A stretch of DNA of 64,000 nt. Source: Malacoraja senta. Taxonomy: Eukaryota. Within the stretch, counting starts at the first letter, position 1, and every line of letters begins with the position of its first letter. Location: positions 1 through 64,000 of the forward strand of contig JAXLNO010000169.1 in NCBI GenBank assembly GCA_038087875.1. The letters run 5' to 3'. Below the pieces are notes generated by a model. That model was not told the origin of the DNA and searched no databases. It was given only the letters and a program-made list of their open reading frames with translations. Position numbers and translations under genes: made by a program. Shown piece after piece: positions 47,801 to 59,800 of the stretch.

Positions 47801-50167
47801 AGCTCCCAGCCTTGGTCACCCTGGAGCCATGTCTCCGTGATCCCAACTATATCATAATCATTAATTCCTATCTGCACGTTCAACTCATCGACCTTATTAC
47901 GAATGCTCCTTGCATTGAGACACAAAGCCTTCAGGCTTGTTTTTACAACGCTCTTACCCCTTATACAATTATGTTGGAAAGTGGCTCTTTTTGATTTTTG
48001 CCCTGGATTTGTCTGCCTGCCACTTTTACTTTTCACCTTGCTACCTATTGCTTCCGCCCGCATTTTGCACCCCTCTGTTTCTCTGCTCACCCATTTATCA
48101 ATATACTGATCAAGTGCAAATAACAGTATTGGCTAATAAAGTTCAGTGTTATGTCTGAGCCAGGTTTAATAGCCTGATGGCTGTGGGGAAGTAGCTATTC
48201 CTGAACCTGGTCGTTGCAGTCTTCAGGCTCCTGTACCTTCTACCTGAAGGTAGTAGGGAGATGAGTGTGTGGCCAGGATGGTGTGGGTCCTTGATGATAC
48301 TGCCATCCTTTTTGAGGCAGCGACTATGATAGATCCCCTCGATGGAAGGGAGGTCAGAGCCGATGATGCACTGGGCAGTGTTTACTATTTTTTTGTAGTC
48401 TTTTCCTCTCCAGGGCGCTCAAGTTGCCGAACCAAGCCACGATGCAACCGGTCAGCATGCTCTCTACTGTGCACCTGTAGAAGTTAGAGAGAGGCCTCCT
48501 TGACAAACCGACTCTCCGTAATCTTCTCAGGAAGTAGAGGCGCTGATGTGCTTTCTTAATAATGGCATCAGTGTTCTCGGACCAGGAAAGATCTTCAGAG
48601 ATGTGCACGCCCAGGAATTTGAAGCTCTTGACCCTTTCAACCATCGACCCGTTGATATAAACGGGACTGTGGGTCCCCATCCTACTCCTTCCAAAGTCCA
48701 CAATCAGTTCCTTGGTTTTGCTGGTGTTGAGGGCCAGGTTATTGTGCTGGCACCATATGGACAGTTGCTCGATCTCTCTTCTATACTCTGACTCATCCCC
48801 ATCAGTGATACGTCCCACAACAGTGGTGTCGTCAGCGAACTTGATGATGGAGTTCGCACTATGTCCGGCTACGCAGTCATGAGTATAGAGTGAGTACAGC
48901 AGGGGGCTGAGCACGCAGCCTTGAGGTGCTTTCGTGCTGATTGTTATCGAGTCTGACACATTTCCACCAATACGAACAGACTGTGGTCTGTGAGTGAGGA
49001 AGTCGAGGATCCAATTACAGAGGGATGCGCAGAGACCCAGTTCTGCAAGTTTGGTAACCAGCTTGGAGGGGATGATTGTATTAAATGCCGAGCTGTAATC
49101 GATGAATAACAGCCTGACATATGAGTTTTTGTTGTCCAAGTGGTCCAGAGCGGAGTGGAGGGCCAGCGAGATCGCATCCACCGTTGATCTGTTGTGGCGG
49201 TAAGCGAACTGCAGTGGGTCCAGGTTTTTGTCGAGGTAGGAGTTGATCTGCGTCATGATCAACCTCTCAAAGCACTTCATCACCACAGGCGTTAGTGCCA
49301 CAGGTCGATAGTCATTGAGGCACGTCACCTTACTCTTCTTGGGCACTGGTATAATTGATGCCCTTTTGAAGCAGGTGGGAACCTCAGACCTCAAAAGTGA
49401 GAGGTTGAAAATGTCCGTAAAAACTCCAGCCAGTTGGTCCGCACAGGTTTTTAGAACACGACCAGGTATACCATCAGGTCCAGGGGCTTTTCGAGGGTTC
49501 ACCCCTCTGAAGGATTTCCTGACGTCGGCCTCTGTGACTGAGACTGAAATACCATCACAGCGAATGGGGGCTCGGGAAGGCACATCGGTGTTCTCCCTAT
49601 CAAAGCGTGCGTAAAACGCATTGAGCTCATCTGGGAGTGATGTTTCGCCGACATTCGAGCTGCCTCCTGATTTCGACTTGTAAGAGGTGATTGCATTCAG
49701 GCCCTGCCACAGCCGCCGAACATCTGTCTCTTCCTCCAGTTTGGAGCAGAAGTCCCTTTTGGCCTTTTTGATGGCCTTACCAAGGTCGTATCTGGACTTC
49801 TTGTAGGCCACTGTATCATCAGACACGAATGCCTGGTGTCTGGACTTCAGAAGAGTACGGATCTCAAAGTTCATCCAAGGTTTCTGATTGGGAAACACTC
49901 GGAAGGTTTTGGTGGGATGCAGTCCTCCACACACTTCTTAATGAAGTCTGTAACGACTGTGGCGTATTCGTTCAGGTCCGTTGCCGAGTCCTTGAACATT
50001 GCCCAGTCTACAGACTCCAAACAGTCCTGGAGTTGTTCCTCTGCTTCCCCCGACCAGCTCTGTACTGTCCTCACCTCTGGGGGTGCGCTCTTTAATTGCT
50101 GCCTGTAGGCAGGAAGAAGCAGCACCACGGTATGATCGGATTTACCGAAGTGAGGGCGAGGGATAGA
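44881..50167 (-). mobile_element. Rex1/Babar LINE (APE C-terminus plus RT, 5'-truncated), interrupted by a CR1 and itself inside a CR1 tail
   Basis: (CTTGAA)n tail at 44881; 3' UTR resumes at about 48100; ORF 48354-49934 has [36 protein letters not shown] and KFADD; SDH motif near 50135; host CR1 tail AAATCA|GTACCCCG is split. Confidence 0.9.
45030..48095 (-). mobile_element. CR1/HER1 LINE with near-complete ORF2 (APE plus RT), frameshifted
   Basis: LNARSIRNK, GITETWL, VYRPP, MGDFN, SDH, NYRPVSLTS, GVPQGSVLGP and KFADD spread over consecutive track ORFs; (CTATGTAT)n tail. Confidence 0.93.
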
Positions 50168-51770
50168 GCAGTACCCCGTTCCTGCTTTTTCCCCATCTCC
50201 CTTGATTTCTTTAGCCCTAATCTAACTCTCTTGAAAACATCCAGTGAATTCTCCACTGCCTTCTGTGGCAGAGAATTCCACAGATTCACAACTCTCTGGG
50301 TGAAAAGGTTTTTCCTCATCTCAGTCCTAAATGGCCGACCCCTTATTCCTAATCTGAGACCCTTGGTTCTGGACTCACCCAACATCGGGAACATGTTTCC
50401 TCCATCTAGCCTGTCCAATCCTTTAATTGGAGTTACTCCAGCATTGTGTGCCCATTTTTTAGTAAACCAGCATCTGCAGTTTCTTGCGTGTTGATATCAG
50501 GCACAGAATGGACATTGTGGGCCGAAGGGCCTATTCCTGTGCTGTACAAATGTTCTGTATGGACGAGATAGATCAGCCATGATTGAATGGTGGAGTAGAC
50601 TTGATGGGCCAAATCGCCTAATTGTGCTCTTATCACTTATAAACACATGAGCTTGCATGAATGTGATATAAAATGGTTAAAGCCCATTATATGATTGTAG
50701 ATTTCAATGCCTTGTTCATACAAACCAGCTACCTTCCCATCAAATCTATTTATTGTTGGTGAGTTTATTAGAATTTTAGGGCACAATGATAGTAAAGCCC
50801 AGTAAAGTTAGGGGTTACGGGGAGAAGACTGGAGAATGGGCTTGAGAGGGAAAGATAGATCACCCATGATTGAATGGTGGAGTGGACTTGAGCCGAATGG
50901 CCTAATTCTGCTCCAATGACATGAACATATGGGTAAAGTCCGATTAAAGATAGTCTGAGGATCTTCAATGAGGTAGATAGGAGGTCAGGACTGCTCTCTA
51001 GTTGGTGATAGGATGGTTCAGTTGCCTGATAACAGCTGGGAAGGAACTGTCCCTGAATCTTGAGGTGTGCGTTTTCACACTTCTGTACCACTTGTCTGAT
51101 GGGAGAGGGGAGAAGAGTTCAAAAGTGATAGGAGGAAAATTAGACCATTCGACCCATCGAGTCCACTACGCTGATCTATCTTTCCCTCTCAACGCCATTC
51201 TCCTACCTTCTGCCATTACCCCAGACACCCGTACCAATCAAGAATCTGCCTATCTCTGCTAAAAATCTCCATTGATGGCCTCCACAGCCTTCTGTGGCAA
51301 AGAATTCAACAGATTCATCACCCAAGAGGGAGGGACCGGGGTGAGTCTGGTCCTTGATTACGCTGAAGATAAACACAAAAAGCTGTAGTAACTCGGCAGG
51401 ACAGGCAGCATCTCTGGAGATAAGGATTGAGTAAGGAAGGCAAATTCAATGCTCACATTTATATCAAGAGGACTGGAATACAAAACAGAGATGTAATGCT
51501 GAGGCTCTATAAGGTGCTGGTCAAGTGCATTTGGAGTAATTTTGGGCCCCATATCTGAGGAAGGACACGCTAGCTTTGGAGAGGGTCCGGAGGAGATTTA
51601 CAAGAATTATTCCAGGAACGAGTGGGTTAGCATATGATGAGCATTTGACAGCACTGGGCCTGTACTCGCTGGAGTTTAGGTTGAGGGGGGACCTCATTGA
51701 AACTTACAGAATAATTAAAAGCATAGATAGAGTGGATGTGGAAAGGAGGTTTCCACTGGTAGGAGAGATC

Positions 51771-51962
51771 TTCTTCTTGCATTTGAGCCAGCAGAAGTCT
51801 GCGTCAGAGTGATGCCATCTGGTTCTACATCCTTAGGTTCCCGCCCTAAAAAGGCGCATGCTCCGGGTTGGCGCCAAGCTGCGGCGCTGTTTGTTGTCGT
51901 TCGCCTGACTGACATCAGTTGACAGGGCTCACCACGGGGAGGTCGACAACATCAGCCCACCC
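51771..51962 (-). mobile_element. Short retroposon with an HDV-like ribozyme head and GAA tail (family 2)
   Basis: Interrupts a CR1 fragment; AGAGATC is duplicated at 51764-51770 and 51963-51969; minus strand ends GCAAGAAGAA. Confidence 0.7.
51893..51959 (-). ncRNA. HDV-like ribozyme, P1 partly decayed
   Basis: P1 UGGGCUG/GAGCCCU (5 of 7 pairs), P2 GUUGUCG/CGACAAC, P3 ACC/GGU, L3 UCCCCGU, P4 ACUGA/UCAGU, J4/2 GGCGAA. Confidence 0.75.
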
Positions 51963-52524
51963 AGAGATCATAGTCTCAGAATTATATTGGGCGCTCTTTT
52001 AGAAAGGAGGTGAGAGGAGGAACTTCTTTAATCAGAGGGTAGTTAATCTGTGGAACTCTTTGCCAAGGTGGGCTGTGGAGGCTTAGTCAGTAGATATTTT
52101 TAAGGCAGAGTTAGACAAATTCTTGATTAGAACGTGTGTCAAGGTTATGGGGAGAAGGCAGGGAAATTGGATGAGGAGGCAGAGATCAGCCATGATTGAA
52201 TGGCGGGGTGGACTCGATGGGCCGAATGGCCTAATTCTACTCCTATAACGCAAATGGCTGCTGGCTTTGCAGAAGCAACGCGAGGCGATGCAGATTTTTT
52301 CAAACGTACACCTGTCTTACTTTCTATGGCACCTTCGCCATAACAAGATTAAACTCTCTGTTTATAAAGTTCTTAAGGGATTGGAAAGGCTAGATGCAGA
52401 AAAAATGTTCCTGATGTTCGGGGAGTCCAGAACCAGGGGTCACAGTGTAAGAATAAGGGGCAGGCCACTTAGGACTGAGATGAGGTAAAACTGTTTCATC
52501 CAGAGAGTAGTGAATCTGTGGAAT

Positions 52525-53655
52525 TAGAGTCATAGAGTGATACAGTGTGGAAACAAGCCCTTTGGCCCAACTCGCCCACACCGCCAACAATGTCCCAGCT
52601 ACACTAGCCCCACTTGCCTCCGCTTGGACCATATCCATCCAAACCTGTCCTATCCATGTACCTGTCTAACTGTTTCTTAAACAAAGGGATAGTCCCAGCC
52701 TCAACTATCTGCTCTGGCAGCTTGTTCCATACACCCATCACCCTTTGTGTGAAAAAGTTCCCCTCGGATTCCTATTAAATCTTTTCTCTTCACCTAGATC
52801 CTATCCTCTGGTCCTCGATTCCCCTACTCTGGCAAATGACTCTGTCTACTCAACCTCTCCCTATAGCTCACACCCTCTAGTCCTGGCAACATCCTCGTAA
52901 ATCTTTTCTGAACCCTTTCAAGCATGACAATATATTTCCTATAACATGGTGCCCAGACTGAACACAATATTCTAAATGTGGTCTCACCAACGTCTTATAC
53001 AACTGCAATATGACCTCCCAACTTCTATACTCAATACTCTGACTGATGAAGGCCAAAGTGCCAAAAGCCTTTTTGACCACCTTTCTACCTGCGACTCGAC
53101 TTTCAAGGAACCATGCATCTGTACTCCTAGATCCCCTCTGCTCTACAACACTACCCAGAGGCCAACCATTTACTGTGTAGGTCCTGCCTTGTTCGACGTC
53201 CCAAAATGCAACACCTCACACTTTTCTGTATTAAATTCCATCAACCATTCCTCCGCCCACCTGGGTAATCGATCCAGATCCTGCTGCAATCGTTCACAAC
53301 CATCTTCACTATCTGCAAAACCACTAACTTTTGTATCATCAGCAAACTTGCTAATCTTGCCCTGTATGTTCTCATCCAAATTATTGATGTAGATGACAAA
53401 CAGTAATGGGCCCAACATCGAAACCCTGAGGCACAACCACCAGTCACAGGCCTCCAGTCTGAGAAGCAACCTTCCACCATCACCCTCTGCTTTCTTCCAT
53501 GGAGCCAATTTGTTATCCTTTCAGATATCTCTCCTTGGATCCCATGCGATCTAACCTTCCAGAGCAGCCTACCATGCAGAACCTTGTTGGACGCCTTACT
53601 GACGTCCATGTAAACAACATCTACAGCTCTGCCCTCATCAACATTTTTGGTCACA
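52525..53655 (-). mobile_element. CR1/HER1 LINE fragment, disrupted
   Basis: VDEGRAVDVVYMD, SKFADDTK and LVRPHLEYC across broken frames. Confidence 0.88.
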
Positions 53656-54686
53656 CCTATCCATGTTCACCACAGATGCTACCTGACCCCACTGAGTTCC
53701 ACCAGCACTTTGTGTTTTTGACATTCAATGCACCAGGGTGCAGCGAAATTCCTAATCACATGAAGTTGGTGTTTAGTTTAGAGATACGGCAGCTGGAAAC
53801 GGGCCTTTGGCCCACCGAGTCCGCACCGATTATCCGGCAAACTAACACTATCCTACACACACAAGGGACAATTTACAATTATACCAAGCCAATTAACCTA
53901 TAAATCTGCACGTCTTGGAGTGTGGGAGGAAACTGGAGCACCCGGAGAAATCCCACGCAGGTCACAGGGTGAACGTACAAACTCCATACAGCTGGCAACT
54001 GTAGTCAGGATGGAACCTGGGTCTCCTGGCGCTGTGAGGCAGCAACTCTACTGCTGCGCCACCGTGCTGTGTTCTTCAGTTAATTATTTACCATCTGTTA
54101 AATGACCTTATAACATCAAACCAATAATATCTTCCACAAGAATGCTGAGAATGTGTTATTTGCTTGCATGTGTATGTTACATTCCTGAAGATCAAAGATA
54201 TTGTTCCTGGAAATTTCTGATTAAATAAGATAGGCAGTGGGAGCAGATTTCACTAAAAACAACAGTAATGATCCAATTATATTTGTTTCATGTAAATGTC
54301 TTCCTAGAAAGACGGTAATTACAATCGGAAATAGTTACTTATATTCCTCTACACTGCAGCGATAGATCCTACTAACATCGACAGAACCAGCAAAGATTCC
54401 TGAAAAGGAATTATTACCCATGGTACTTTCACACATATGGTCCAAACGCAGGCAGGTGACTCTAGTGTAGGCCTCCACAGCCTTCTGTGGCAATGAATTC
54501 CATAGATTCACCACCCTTTCGGGTCGAGATCCGTCTTTAAACACCCTGAAGAATTGGGGGAAAATGGACGTACTATTGGAAATGATAAATTATCACCAAT
54601 GAATTCATTATAATTTGACGTGGGAGACTCAAGTGTGGCAATGGAAGGAGCAACTGGGCTGGAATCACCGACAGGTAAGAGGTGTT

Positions 54687-54781
54687 AAAGAAGGAACTGC
54701 AGATGCTGGAAAATCGAAGGTACACAAAAATGCTGGAGAAACTCAGCGGGTGCAGCAGCATCTATGGAGCGAAGGAAATAG
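54687..54781 (-). mobile_element. Penelope-like repeat monomer, arm-specific insertion
   Basis: Flanked by GAGGTGTT direct repeats (54679-54686, 54782-54789); empty site near 4479-4487. Confidence 0.8.
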
Positions 54782-54822
54782 GAGGTGTTTACCTGGTGGC
54801 ACCAGGTACTGCAACCGAATAC

Positions 54823-54957
54823 TTCTTCTTTCATGTGACTTGCACAGCCTAAAGTTGTTGGACAACTTGTTCTATTTGAACTTCCGTTTGTGCACGTCGA
54901 GTTGATTGCATTAGTCGAAACAGGGCGGACCACGTGAAGGTTGCAATCTTCCACCCC
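54823..54957 (-). mobile_element. 135-bp retroposon with an HDV-like ribozyme head and GAA tail (family 1)
   Basis: TSD GCAACYGAATAC (54811-54822, 54958-54969); empty site in the paralogous arm at about 4447-4458; minus strand ends AAAGAAGAA. Confidence 0.88.
54904..54957 (-). ncRNA. HDV-like self-cleaving ribozyme (54 nt, minimal P4)
   Basis: GGGGUGG AA GAUUGCA ACC UUCACGU GGU CCGCCCU G UUUCGA CUAA UGCAAUC: 7-bp P1 with G1-U wobble, 7-bp P2, 3-bp P3, U-Y-C L3, P1.1 G and catalytic C in J4/2. Confidence 0.88.
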
Positions 54958-56541
54958 GCAACTGAATACAATGAAATGGCATGGTGGCGCAGCGCTAGAG
55001 CTGCTGCCGCACAACGCCAGACACCCGGGTTCGATCCTGACCACGGGTACTGTCTGTACGGAGTTTGTACGTTGTCCCCGTGACCTGCATGGGTTTTCTC
55101 CGAGAACTCCGGTTTCCTCCCACACTACAAAGACGTACAGGTTTGTAGCTTAATTGGCTTGGTAGAAATGTCAATTGTCCATTGTGTGCATAGGATAGTG
55201 TTAGTGTACGGGGGGATCGCTGGTTCCCGGTGGGACGAGGGGCCTGTTTCCGCGCTGTATCTCTACAGTAAACTCTAAAGTATGATCTTGTTTCGGACTT
55301 GGCTTGAAGTATTGAAACTCCTGTACAGAATGCCGTATATAGAACACGATGATAAACCAGGAGCACAAAGAGCCAAAGTAATTCCATGCTAAAAATGCAG
55401 ACAATTTGCTTTATTTATATATAGCTGAAAAAATAACATTCCAGCCAGTCAGCACTACAAAATAAACACCATCATCAGGTCAAGAGACGAGGGTATAATT
55501 GTTAACGGTACAATTTAATTCTTACTAGCTGCAGCTTAACAAGCCCATAAAAACTCAATAACACACAGATAATATAAAATTGTCAATATTGGCTCCCCCC
55601 ACAATCAGAAGAAGTGTCTTGACCCAAAACTTTCCCCATTCCTTCTCTCCTGAGATTCTGGCTGTCTCGCTGAGTTACTCCACCATTTTGTGTTTATCTT
55701 CGGTTTAAACCGGCATTCGCAGTTCATTCCTAAGCAAAGAAAGGACCAATCTCACCCCAGTCACTCCCTCTTCTCCCCTCTCCCATTGGGCATAAGGTAC
55801 AGAAGTGTGAAAACGCTCACCTCTACATACAGGGATAGTTTCTTCCCAGCTGTTATCAGGCAACTGAACCATCCTACCACAACCAGAGAGCGGTCCTGAT
55901 TGGAGTCCCTCGGACTATCCTTGATCGGACTTTGCTGGCTCTACCTTGCACCAAATGTTATTCCCTTATCATGTATCTATACACTGCGAATTCCTCGATT
56001 GTAATCATGTATTGTCTTTCCGCTGACTGGTTAGCATGCAACTAAAGCTTTTCACTGTACCTTGGTACACGTGACAATAAACTAAACTGAAACTGAAGTG
56101 AAGAACATTTCAGTGGAAATGTGAAATGCATCAGCAAAGCAGATGTTTTTAGCATTGCATTAAATACACCCCCCACCCATCCCACTGATCAATTAGGATG
56201 CTGGTGTTTGATTCTGAGAACATTTCTAGAGGCAGTCAAGACCTACGTCTTTGTTCAAATGAGTTGAAAATTGATGCTTGACATGCACGAAAAAGTATCC
56301 CAAGAATGTTCTGCTTTATAGTCAAGTATTGTACACACTGCCATCTGGCAACTGGTTTATCCATCTAAGAATGATTTCCTGTGAAGAATATTGAATTGTT
56401 TATCTGTGGCAACATGAGGGTTTTGCTAAAATTCTCCACTTGCCAGAGTCGCTTAATTTGATTTTAGCAGTGAGATTATAGCCTTTCAGATTTATGTTTC
56501 AGTGCAAACATTATACCAGCACAGGTTAGATCAGAGACATA

Positions 56542-56862
56542 GGGCGGCACGGTGGCGCAGCGATAGAGTTGCTACCTCACAGCGCCAGAGACCCGGGATA
56601 GATCCTGACTACGGGTGCTGTCTGTACGTTTTTTGTACATTCACCCCATGACTACGTGTGTTTTCTCCGGGTGCTTTAGTTTCCTCCCACACTCCAAAGA
56701 TGTACAGGTGTGTAGGTTAATTGGCTTTGGTAAACAAAATTTGTAAATTGTCCGAAGTGTGTAGGATAATGTTAGAGCACGGGGTGATCGCTGGTCGGTG
56801 TGGACTCGGTGGGCCAAAGGAACTGTTTTGGCGCTGTATCTCTAAACTAAACTAAACTAAAC
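56542..56862 (+). mobile_element. HE1-like V-SINE, full length (representative of many copies, e.g. 8250-8630, 26100-26392, 43510-43830, 53775-54068, 54978-55270, 59440-59750, 63385-63670)
   Basis: tRNA-like head, V-domain core, CR1-like 3' end and (CTAAA)n tail. Confidence 0.88.
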
Positions 56863-59800
56863 TAGCACTAAAAAGCACTATAACTAAACTAAACTAAACT
56901 CAGCAACTATGATCTTCTGTGGACTGGGTTGTGCTACGGACCAGTTTTGCATTATAATGTTCTGGTTACCGACAATTACTGATTATTAACTGGAAGTGTA
57001 ATTGCTTATTGTATATTCATCTGTGTCTTTAATGTTAAGGGGCCGGTTGAGATGCAGCAAGTAGGAATTTCATTGTTCCGTTGCCAATAATCATAACAAT
57101 TAAACACTCTTGACTCCTCTTGCACGATGTGTAAAGAGATTTGATGGGGTAACATTTACCATCCCTCACATTAGAGATCATTGAAACTTACAGAATAATG
57201 AAAGGCATAGAGAGTGGATGTGGAAAGGATGTTTCCACTGGTGGGAGAGTCTGGGACCAGAGGTCATGAACTCAGAATTAAAGGCCGCTCTTTTAGAGAG
57301 GAGGTGAGGAGGAATTTCTTTAGCCAGAGGGTACTTAATCTGTGTAACTCTGACACAGAAGGCTGTGGAGGCCAAGACATTGGGTATTTTAAGGCGAAGA
57401 TTGATAGATTCTTGATTCGTGTGTGTGTCAGCGGTTATGGGGAGAAGTCAGGAGAATGTGGTTGAGAGGGAGAGATAGATCAGACATGATTGAATGACGG
57501 AGTAGACTTGATGGGCCGAATGGTCTAATTCTGCTCCTATGAGCTATGAACTTATAATCCTTCGTTGGCCCTTTGATGGGTGAACTATAGAATGCAGGGC
57601 AGTACAGCACAGGAACAGGCTCTTCAGCCAACTGTGACTGTGCCAGACACAAACCAAGACCAACTCTTCACCTCTCTTGCCTCTCTCAATAACCTGGCAT
57701 AGATCCAAGGGATTTTATGGACCGTGTCGTTGGTTTCACTACAGACTTTGGTTTTGCACTATATGTTCTGGTAACCTAGTATTTTCTGATGATTCATTTA
57801 TTGCGTTATTGACTAGACTAGCGATACAGCACGGAAACAGGTCCTTCAACCCACCGAGTCCATGCCGACCAGTGATCAACCGTACACTAGTTCTATCCTA
57901 CATTTACAGAAGCTAAGTAAGCTACATATCTGTACGTCTTTGGAGTGTGGGAGGAAACTGGAGCACCCGGAGAAATCCCCTGCAGGTCATGGGGGAACGT
58001 ACAACCTCTGTACAGACAGCACCTGTAGTCAGGATCGAACCCGGGTCTCTGGCGCTGTGAGGCAGAAACTCTACTGCTGCGCCACCATGCCACCCTTATT
58101 TCGATGATTATTAGGATATTATTTGAATATTATTAGATAGATTAAATGATAATATTAAACATTTATGATAGGAAATTAAACAAACATTATTTTAGGAATA
58201 TTTTAGGTTCTTTTAGGAAGGAGATGAGGAGAAATTTCTTTAGTCAGAGGGTGGTGAATCTGTAGAATTTATTGCCACAGAAGGCTGTGGAGATCGTCAA
58301 TGGATATTTTTAAGGCAGAGAAAGATAGATTATTGTTTAGTACGGGTGTCAGGGGTTATGGGGAGAAGGCAGGAGAATGGGAGGGAGAGATAGATCAGCC
58401 ACGATAGAATGGTGGAATAGACTTGATGGGCCGAATAGCCTAATTCTCTTCCTATTCCTTATGACCTTATGTTCAATGCAAAAATGAAATTCTCAAGTAA
58501 AGAAGGGGTTAAGTTTAGAATGACAGAATCTTATTTCCAATCTGGCAAATTAAAGGTTTAATTTTACAAGTAAAGGGATGATCTGGAAATTGTTCAAAGT
58601 TGCAGTGCTGACTTTTAGGAAGGCATTACGTGTGTGTGCTGTAAATGGAAATATAAATAAACTTGAGGCTCTATCATAATCAGTGTTTGTGTGCTGACTT
58701 CAGCGCCGGACAATATTCACACATGTGTGGTGCATGTTTGACAAATTTGTGACTTGTTATTCTCTTTGGTTGCTTAGCTCATACAACAACCAAACAATAA
58801 CCTGTTAAAGCCCATTGTGTGGCGGAGGATAAAATCTGATAGCTTGTGGGAAAGAGTGAATAATGTATACACTCTGTACAATGTAAACAGAGCACGAATT
58901 GATTTCCCTGCTAGTGATAAAGACAGCTGTATCCATCCAATAAATAGACCCAGAGTGCTGGATTAACTCAGTGGGACAGGTAGCATCTCTGCAGAACATG
59001 GATAGGTGACGTTTCACAGATTGCTGGAGTAACTCAGCAGGTCTGGCAGCATCTATGGAGAGAAGGGATAGGTGGAGTTTTGGGTGACTCATTCCTTCTC
59101 CCCAGAAATGCTGCCTGTCCCGCTGAGTTACTCCAGCATTTGTGTGTCTATTCACTGCTACCTGTACTGTTCTATGGCTGCAACATGGAATATGAAACAT
59201 GCGACATGCAACATTTATCATGAAACGTAGAATATTAGTTTTGTAGTTAGATCAGTGAAGTTTAGTTTAGAGATACAGTGCGGAAACAGGCCCGTCGGCC
59301 AACCGAGTCAGCACCGACCAGCGACCATCCCTTACACTAACACTATCCTGCACACACTGGGGACAATTTTACACTTGTACCAAGCCAATTAATGTAGAAG
59401 GTGGAGATGGATCCTTTATTCCACATCTCTGGTTGATTAGTTTAGATTAGTTTAGTTTAAAGATACAGCGTGAAAACAAACCCTTTGGCCCACAGAGTCC
59501 GCGCCGACCAGCGATCACCCCGTACACTAACACTATCCTACACACACTAGGGTCAATTTACAATTTTTACCTAACCCAATTAACTTACAAACCTGCACGT
59601 CTTTGGAGTGTGGGAGAAAACCAGAGCACCTGGGGAAAACCCACGTGGTCACAACGTACAAACTCCGTACAGACAGCACCCATAGTTAGCATCGAACCCG
59701 GGTCTCTGAGCTGTGAGGCAGCAACTCTACCGCTGCGCCACCGTGCCGCTCATGGAACATGGAACATCTATCATGGAAAATGGAACTGTTCATGTTCATA

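Larger units (their letters stand above)
54470..57983. repeat. Outer right arm of the inverted duplication
   Basis: Reverse complement of 1-4696 with arm-specific insertions and deletions. Confidence 0.93.

Noticed and set aside
54339..54399. AG/GT-bounded 61-nt minus-strand segment (IFAGSVDVSRIYRCSVEEY)
   Set aside because: Plausible splice signals but no recognisable homology, and it does not resemble BLMH.
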